Notes under the pieces: generated by a model | What the model was told of the DNA's origin: nothing | What the model saw: only the letters and a program-made list of their open reading frames with translations | The model's database searches: none | Translations under genes and position numbers: made by a program | Shown here: piece by piece, positions 56,474-64,000 of the stretch | Numbering within the stretch: position 1 is the stretch's first letter | Layout: each line of letters opens with the position of its first letter | Assembly (NCBI RefSeq): GCF_006345805.1 | Contig: NC_042997.1 | Location: 122,140,001-122,204,000, forward strand | DNA: 64,000 bases | From: Octopus sinensis | Lineage: Eukaryota | Direction of reading: 5' to 3'

Positions 56474-56625
56474 TTTAGAGTGGTTCCTTCAACCAAATTC
56501 TTTAGCAAAGCTTTGTTCGTTACGGGATTATACTAAAAGAACCTTACCACATATGATGCGCGGTATGTTTGAACCCAAATCACGTTTTCGCGATGCGAAA
56601 TTCTTCGCGAAATAGCTATGCCTGT
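56180..56625 (-). mobile_element. SINE family A, heavily decayed
   Basis: ttttacttgtttcggc tail and aaccaaattc..aaagctttg..gaaccc head remnants. Confidence 0.5.
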
Positions 56626-57085
56626 ACCTATCTTCATAATGTAAACATTGTTCACTTAATGATGAATGGTCTAAAACACGAGGATGTACATTAAGTCACT
56701 TACAATGGTGGCTGAATAGTCACCTATTACTGTCTGGGCTATCACATCGTTACCAAGAATGAGACAGCATTTTTCAGTTTATTCTTCACGTCATTTTTGT
56801 CTCAGTATCTTGTCTTTTTAGTTGGCTTTAGGATTGTGTGGTGAAAATTACTGCCAATGAATACCATGGTGCAATCATTGTGTTGCGAGTGAATTTTCTT
56901 TTAGCTGTAGTCGTTCCCACCGTATCCGAGACGTTAATTTCTTTTTTTTATTAAAGTAGTTTTTTCCTGAATAGGCTATTTTAGAGTTATTTACTGGTAC
57001 AGTATTTCAAGTTTTCAGTATACTAAATAGTGTTGAAATTGTTATCAATAAACCATGCATGATGATAGAAACATCTAACGCAACT

Positions 57086-57325
57086 GGAGAGCTGGCAGAA
57101 ACGTTAGTACACAGGGCGAATTGCTCAGCGTTATTTCGTTTGTCTTTACGTTCTGATTTCAAATTCCGCCGAGGTCGACTTTGCCTTTCATCCTTTCGTG
57201 GTCGATTAAATAAGTAACAGTTACGCACTGGGGGTTGGGTTGATATAATTGACTTAATCCGTTTATCTGTCCTTGTTTGTCCCCTCTGTGTGTAGTCCCT
57301 TGTGGGCAGCAAAGAAATAAGAAAT
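57086..57325 (+). mobile_element. SINE family B
   Basis: Matches 11905-12141. Confidence 0.85.
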
Positions 57326-59879
57326 ATCACAATATCTAACTCAATAAACGTTACTCATATTGCAGTGTGAAAGTCTTGCCACGTACGCCATTGCGTGACT
57401 CCGGACAGCTCTGGATTTGGAGTGGAATGGGCCGAAATAGCTACAGAGGTGCTTTACTACCCGATGAGATATCGATTCCTGCATTCGGAGACGGGGTACA
57501 GCAACACCATCAACATAAAAGTTAACCCTAAATATTTTAGAAGTTTTCCGTTATTTAATTTTGAATAACATTGGTAAAATACTTGAAGTAATCTTTGACG
57601 ATATTTTGAAGAAGTTGATTAAAAAATTGCTTTAAATAATATTAAATTACATTACGGAGAACCAAGGAGTGTTACTTTGTTGAATGAAGTTTCAAGTATC
57701 GTTAATAACTTACATCAGAGTGATGATGGCAGGTTTATCGAATATTTTATTAATAAATAAAGCAATAATTAGATTTCTTTTAAAAAGGTGTATTGCTTAA
57801 ACAGAGATTTAATCTGAGCTGTATTTTAATAGTGCAGCTCAAAGTCGATTCACCTTTTGGTTTCGTTTCCTTAGCATCAAATTGTGTCTTAGGGGGATCC
57901 TGAAAATGAAATTAAATAACTCCTTACTTTTCCGAAAGAAACTAAAATGCCTTCCATGTAAAAATAAGTTCGAGGTGATCCTCAAATAAAACGTATAGCC
58001 CCAGCTCACCTTTAATTGGTCAAACATAAGACTAAATACAGTAGGTACAAAAGTGACCATACCATGTATTTTTGTCAAAGATATTTTCAGATTTCTCTTC
58101 TGTAGTGTGTGATTTGGGAAACGAAAGTTGCTATTTCTAGTAATCTGACCGACAGCATAGAAGATTCTTTGTTGATGCGTTGTTGTTGGTCGACTGTGCA
58201 GCTGTTTCTTTTGTAGTTGTTTTTATATAAACCTAGGGAGCTCTACTCCGCTGACCTACAAACAGATTCCCTTCAGCAAATGTTACGGCATGTTGAAAGT
58301 ACAACCCACTGGGTACTCACAGCAATGTTTCATACGAAAAGTACAACATAAATAAATTTCAGTCGCAACCTCATATATAAAATGATGCAAAAAGATTGAT
58401 TTTTCCCGACGACCAAATAGTGTCATGATAAATCCAGATTTTCATGAATTAGGAAACGACATAATGTTTTCCAAATTCGATTTCTAAGATGTAATGTGTA
58501 TTGTCAACTGAGAGCTGAGAGAGTGACAAGCTAATACGAACAGACACTTCAGACACATGTCAAAAGGGTTTAGGAAAACATGTTACTATTGAAAATCATC
58601 GATCGACAGAGAAATAATATATTTGCAGTTATCTGTCTATTTGTGTGTGTCTAGATTTGTGCATGTGTCTATAGATTTGCGCATATGGTAACTACATATG
58701 TCGAATAATATTAAATTGAAGTAATATTTCATATACTCACACAATCACTAAGAACGTGACAAATTTTGCATACAAACACATTCTGCTCGTCTCTAAACAA
58801 GTGTGTATGAGTATGCGTGGTAACAAGCGTTTGAATGTGAATAGTTCACGTTAGATCTTGTACAATTCACCTTCAACTGTATGCTGTCATATTAGTTCCA
58901 ATACACATATATTTATTTGCAATACTGTATTTCTCTTTCTACATACATACATACAAAGATACATTTATGCGTGTAGGTGTTGAGCGCTTGTGTGAGTGCA
59001 TTTTATTGACGTGTGTCAATGAATATATGAAGAAACATGTCTGAAACCTTTACTTTAAAAACTATATACATATATATAAATCGGTGTCCATTCTCAGTGA
59101 ATCACATTCTGTTGGCATGGAAATACAGCTTGCGATATGTCTCAGTAGATCAGGTTATTTGTTTCCTAACGAAAAAGCCTAACTTCATATTGCTGTACCA
59201 AGGGATATTCAGCTTGACACGTCATATCTCTCTGCTGTCTATATAGACTTTATAGCCCCAATGTTTAAAGCAAGTAAAGTTTGAGAACCGTGAATAACGC
59301 ATTCATAAACTCCTCGCACTTTTACAGTTTGTTTTAATGTTATAAATTACATTCGATGCACAAAAGTAAATGGCATACTTGACAATATATCAAGAATGTT
59401 GCCCATTTATGTTTTTTCTGTTATAAAGTCTGCAAAAGAAAATTCCTTAAGCAACGCTTATCTCATAGGTGCGAGCTAAATTAGTCGTATGTGCGTATCT
59501 GAGTCGGAAACATTTCAAATTTGGTGGTAAACTTTGCTAAATATTTGCGTCATTGGGGGATGTTAAAGAAACTAAATCTTTAAAAGTCTAATCTATTTTT
59601 CACAGCGAACCAACACGTAGCTTTTAAATTAAGCATTCTTCTGGGCTGTAAGAACATGAAAACCAATCACGAATTGTAGATTGTAGGTGAATAGATCTCT
59701 CGTTAAAACTAAACTAATTACAATATCAGCCTACAGAGAAACAAAGTAAAGTTTTTACATATGCTACTGCTAAAATAGTTAGCGCCTCTATATGGTGACT
59801 ATTTCTGCTAGAAATAGAAGACAAATGTTTAGAAATTTAACATCATTGTTTCAAACAAGAGGTGCCACATCATATAATG

Positions 59880-60085
59880 GTTTCAAATTTTGGCAACAAT
59901 TTTAAGGGGCGGAGAAATTGTTTTACACCGACCCCTATACTTGACCGGTACTTATTTTATCCAACTCGAAAGGATTTAAAGGCAAAGTTGACCTACCCGA
60001 AATTTGAGCTCAAAACGTAAAAACTGACGAAACCCGGCTAAGCACTTTGCCCGGCCTGCTAATGCTTCTGCTAGTATGCTGCCTT
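59880..60085 (-). mobile_element. SINE family B variant
   Basis: ggtacttattttatc..aaaggcaaagttgacct..aatttgagctc. Confidence 0.7.
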
Positions 60086-62067
60086 TCCCATATTATATAA
60101 GCTAGTTTTATATATACACACACGTATATCACACTAAGTAATTGCACCATAAAGTAATGACTGAGCCACTGTGAGGTAGCTCGGGCGATTAGAAACAGTG
60201 GCAAAGTTTCATAAACTACAACCAATTGTCTAAATTTAATATGAATTGTATAACCATGAATTCATCCATGAATGTAACGCTTTGGTTTCGAATAACTTAC
60301 CTTCTCCATCATGTGTTTGAATGATGATATCAGTAAGAATAAACCAACAATAACTGACACTTATTTTGTAACACTGGGGAGAGTGAAATGGGATAACTGA
60401 TTATAGTCTGGTTTGAGCGTGTAACTATGATACTAGGATATAGAGTGCCTGCAGATATTTGTTAGATCATTATATTCCGTAAATTTTACTAAAAGAGGTT
60501 TCATAGAAATGGATAAATGGTATAAACGTTAAAGGTAAAAATGTAAAAAAAAAAACTTTTACCATTCTATTACTAAATACAGGAGATTTTGCATCAATCA
60601 TGTCTTTCTTCAGCATGCAAGTATAGGAAATTAGATGGTTTCACTATGTAATGGCATTCATCACACAACATATATTCATATCTTACTGGTGCTATACTCA
60701 TTCTACAACGTCCGATACTGTATTACACATTCATATAAATTCATAAAGTGATCATATTCTTCCGTTAACCATTCGCATAATATAAGATTTCGTAGCAACT
60801 TCTAAACGCTATAAAGGCTTTCCAGCTCGCTGGATTCAGTATATTTTCTCACAATTGAATGCATTTTATAGGATTATTTTTTTCAAAAAATATTTCTACA
60901 TATTTATATAAAATATAAAGCATAAAGCGCTCTATCATTTGCTCTCATCCCGAACATAGGTTTATGACTTTGGCTGGTGTAAAGCCATTAAACATGTTAA
61001 CTCACCGATGTACGCCTTTCTATTGATAGAAGCTAGTGTACTCGTTATGATTATTGTTGTTGTTGTTGTTGTTGTTATTGGTGTTGGTGGTTTTATTATT
61101 ATTGGTAAACAAACATAGTAGCAATATCCTAAACCAAGATCAGTGGCGCAAGAAGAAAAATATTCTAATAATTCATTCGTTTATATTGAAATGTATATTT
61201 TTTCAACTACTTTGTCCGACAATATATTCGAAAGAATACACAAACATAAATAAATGTGAATGCAGTAATAACAAGATTTTATTTCAGGATCCCTTTCAAC
61301 AGATATATTGAGTGGGAATGCGGAAATATAAATGTTATAGCAAATGAGAAATAAATCAGTGATTCTGTACCATTCGTAATCGTTGAGCAACCAGTAGAAT
61401 CAAAGTGAATAAAGCTGCTAGAATATATGGCTTCATAGCGGATAAATGAAATCTCTAGATATCGTTCAAAACTCTATGAACTTACGATTAGCTCTTCATA
61501 CTTTATACAACGAGTGCTGCTTTCATATATTCACATGCGAAATATTTTTAATCTCAAAAACTCTCAATGTCTGAATGTGCGAAGCTATTCTTTTGGAAAT
61601 AATATATACACACACATATGATACCTAGATATATACATCATGTACACACATTCACACACATAATTATATATATACATACAAACGCATTCACATACATATA
61701 TATGAAGTTGGTCATTACCTCTATCCTAACTCAATGTTTTTCCGCTTGATGCTTTCGTTCAGATTATGATAAACATGAAAGGCGTATCAAATGCGATGAG
61801 GAGCACAATATATTGCATTCGTTACATAGGTGTACGGTGCTGATGTAGATTATTCTTTGCATATAATCGAGTTATCGAGGGAGAGAACTCTGTACGAAAA
61901 TATTAGGCAAAGAAAATAACAATTGCGATATTATATTTAATAGAACTTTTGTCCAGTCAGCTGTGTGTGTGTGTGTATGTGTGTGCGCGCATTTATACGT
62001 ACCTGTCTATATATATCTATCAATACATCCATCCATCTAAACACACACACACACACAGATGCACACA

Positions 62068-63100
62068 CACAAAATGGTCAATGCTGAGTCCAAATGTCTT
62101 GTAAGCTCCAGAAATATCATCTACGAGAAGTTGTATATCTTGAACCCAATGAGCAACTAAGTCACAATCATCCGCTTGAAAGAGGCCACGTATACAAGAT
62201 TGAGAAACATTCGAACTGGCATCAAAGCCACGCAAGTTAAAACAACGACTAGATGATCGCTTCAACCGATGTTTAATTACCTCGACCCCAGTACATAACT
62301 GGTACTTATTTGATCAATCCCGAAAGGATGAAAGGCAAAATCGACCTCGGTAGAATTTGAATTCAGAACGTAGCGGCAGACGAAATACCTATTTCTTTAC
62401 TACCCACAAGGGGCTAAACACAGAAGGGAAAACACAGACAGACAAACGGATTAAGTCGATTATAACGACCCCAGTGCGTAACTGGTACTTATTTAATCAA
62501 CCCTGAAAAGATGAAAGGCAAAATCGACGTCGGCGGAATTTGAACTCAGAGCGTAGCGCCTGGCCTGCTAACGTTTCTGCCAGCTCACTGCCTTTCGCTT
62601 CAACATATATATCGCAAAAGAACAAACCACGGTAAAATCATGAGTCAAAGTAACAGTAAAAATACCACAAAATTCTCTGCATGTTACCACCGACACTGAC
62701 ACACGCTACCATCAACACAACCAGGTTTGTCGAGTATTTTATCAGATGGAGCCCCTATTCACAGTATGGAAGGCTTTTATTAAATCAATGAAACTCTGGA
62801 CAACATAAATATTCTCCGCATAGCATTTCTCATGCATTTGTCTAGATCTGAAAATAATCTCCATTGTTCCTTCATTCGAGCGGAAGCCAAAGTGAAACTG
62901 AGATAGAACGTCATTTACATGGTATTTATTCAAGGATGGGGAAGGGGAGAAGAATACTTGGCAGAACCTCGCCGGCAGCAGACAGTAGAGCTGTATTCTG
63001 ACTCCTTCCACTGACATGAAGGATCATTGTATTCTTCCAGCCCTTGGGAACAACGGCACATCTCCATCCCTCCAGGCTACACTAATATGCTCGGGAAGAT
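62068..63100 (-). mobile_element. Decayed RTE-clade LINE reverse transcriptase, interrupted by SINEs
   Basis: SQFHFGFRSNEGTMEIIFRSRQMHEKC...FIDLIKAFHTVNR (62742-63017) and FNLRGF...IRGLFQADDCDLVAH...AYKTFGLSI (62068-62265). Confidence 0.85.
62267..62594 (-). mobile_element. Tandem pair of SINE B units flanked by a 10-bp target site duplication
   Basis: Units 62272-62389 and 62390-62592; tcgcttcaac at 62257-62266 and 62595-62604. Confidence 0.8.
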
Positions 63101-63154
63101 TCTATGTGACATAACTACTGTCAAAGAGAACACACATACATATCTTTCTATCTA

Positions 63155-63655
63155 TCTATATTGCCCCGCCACCTTCCTTTAAACGAGAAGGCAAGGCGGT
63201 TTTCATTGTATTGGTGTCTATGTTAAAAGAATGTGTGTGTGTGTGTGGGGGGGGGGACTCGTGCGAAAGGTTAAGAGACAAACACTTCTCTGGCCAATCA
63301 CTCATCAACTTTTTCAAGTACCACTTGAAAAGGAAGGTGAGAATAAAGAGGGAAGTTTGGCCGCATAAAATTTTCAATAAAATGTGTGTGAATGTACCAA
63401 ACATGATACGCGTGAATGGTGAAACCACTTTAAGCATGATCCTGTAAATCAAAGCGAGAGAGAGAGAGTGCTTTGCTCTCATGTGTTTTTCCCCCTGACT
63501 GAGGTTACCGTGGTCTTTTTCGTAGGCTTTTCTTTCCACGGATAAACCTCTTTTACATTTTACCCCATTTGTTTTTCTTTCAAAAAGAAAAGTTTTATTT
63601 TGTATTGTCCCCTCTGTGATCGGCCCTGCGTGGCTAATAAGGAAATATATGTCTA
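63155..63655 (+). mobile_element. Third copy of the Tx1/L1-like LINE 3' end
   Basis: FSGQSLINFFKYHLKRKVRIKREV...LSMIL*, same 3' UTR stem, ends gtggctaataaggaaat followed by TATC-type repeats. Confidence 0.75.
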
Positions 63656-64000
63656 TCTGTCTATCTATCTTTCTATCCACACACACACACACATATATGT
63701 ATAATATTTTTGTATGTGTTTAGTGTTTTTGAATGTATATGTCTGTATCGATTCTTATTTGTCCAAGTCCGACTAATCCGGATGTAAATAATTAGGGTAT
63801 ATGTATGTGAGTACGTATGTATATACGTAGATATGTATATAATCTGGTACGGTATGCATATGCAACGTGAGGGATGTTTAAGTTATTAAAGTTTCTATGT
63901 CTTACAAAGATTAGCTGAAATAATAGTCTTTACAGAAATTTGTTGCGCAATAAGGTGAAGCTACAATAATAAAGTGATTGGCATTTACGATACGAAGCTG

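Overview
AT-rich, microsatellite-dense eukaryotic DNA. The SINE, LINE and mariner repertoire looks to me like an octopus (coleoid cephalopod) genome; that is recognition from memory, not a database search. Almost all listed ORFs are microsatellite artefacts. I can support one protein-coding exon: 28351-28518 on the minus strand, 168 nt, phase 1-1 with canonical AG/GT. It encodes the start of the amino-terminal domain of an AMPA/kainate-type ionotropic glutamate receptor (iGluR). I found no other exon, so the window appears to be mostly two very long introns. These contain about 25 tRNA-derived SINE copies (local families A-D), three 3' ends of a Tx1/L1-like LINE associated with (GATA)n, a decayed RTE LINE, two decayed Tc1/mariner elements and many foldback inverted repeats. 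The most notable signal is a set of type I hammerhead ribozyme (HHR) motifs in small non-coding elements embedded in (TA)n tracts. One is a 446-bp unit with terminal direct repeats and a possible mini-intron (21704-22206). A second family has a 38-nt minimal HHR at 16822-16859, sense to the receptor pre-mRNA, and two decayed inverted copies at 42911-43006. Together they resemble Penelope-like element (PLE) or retrozyme-type non-autonomous elements.
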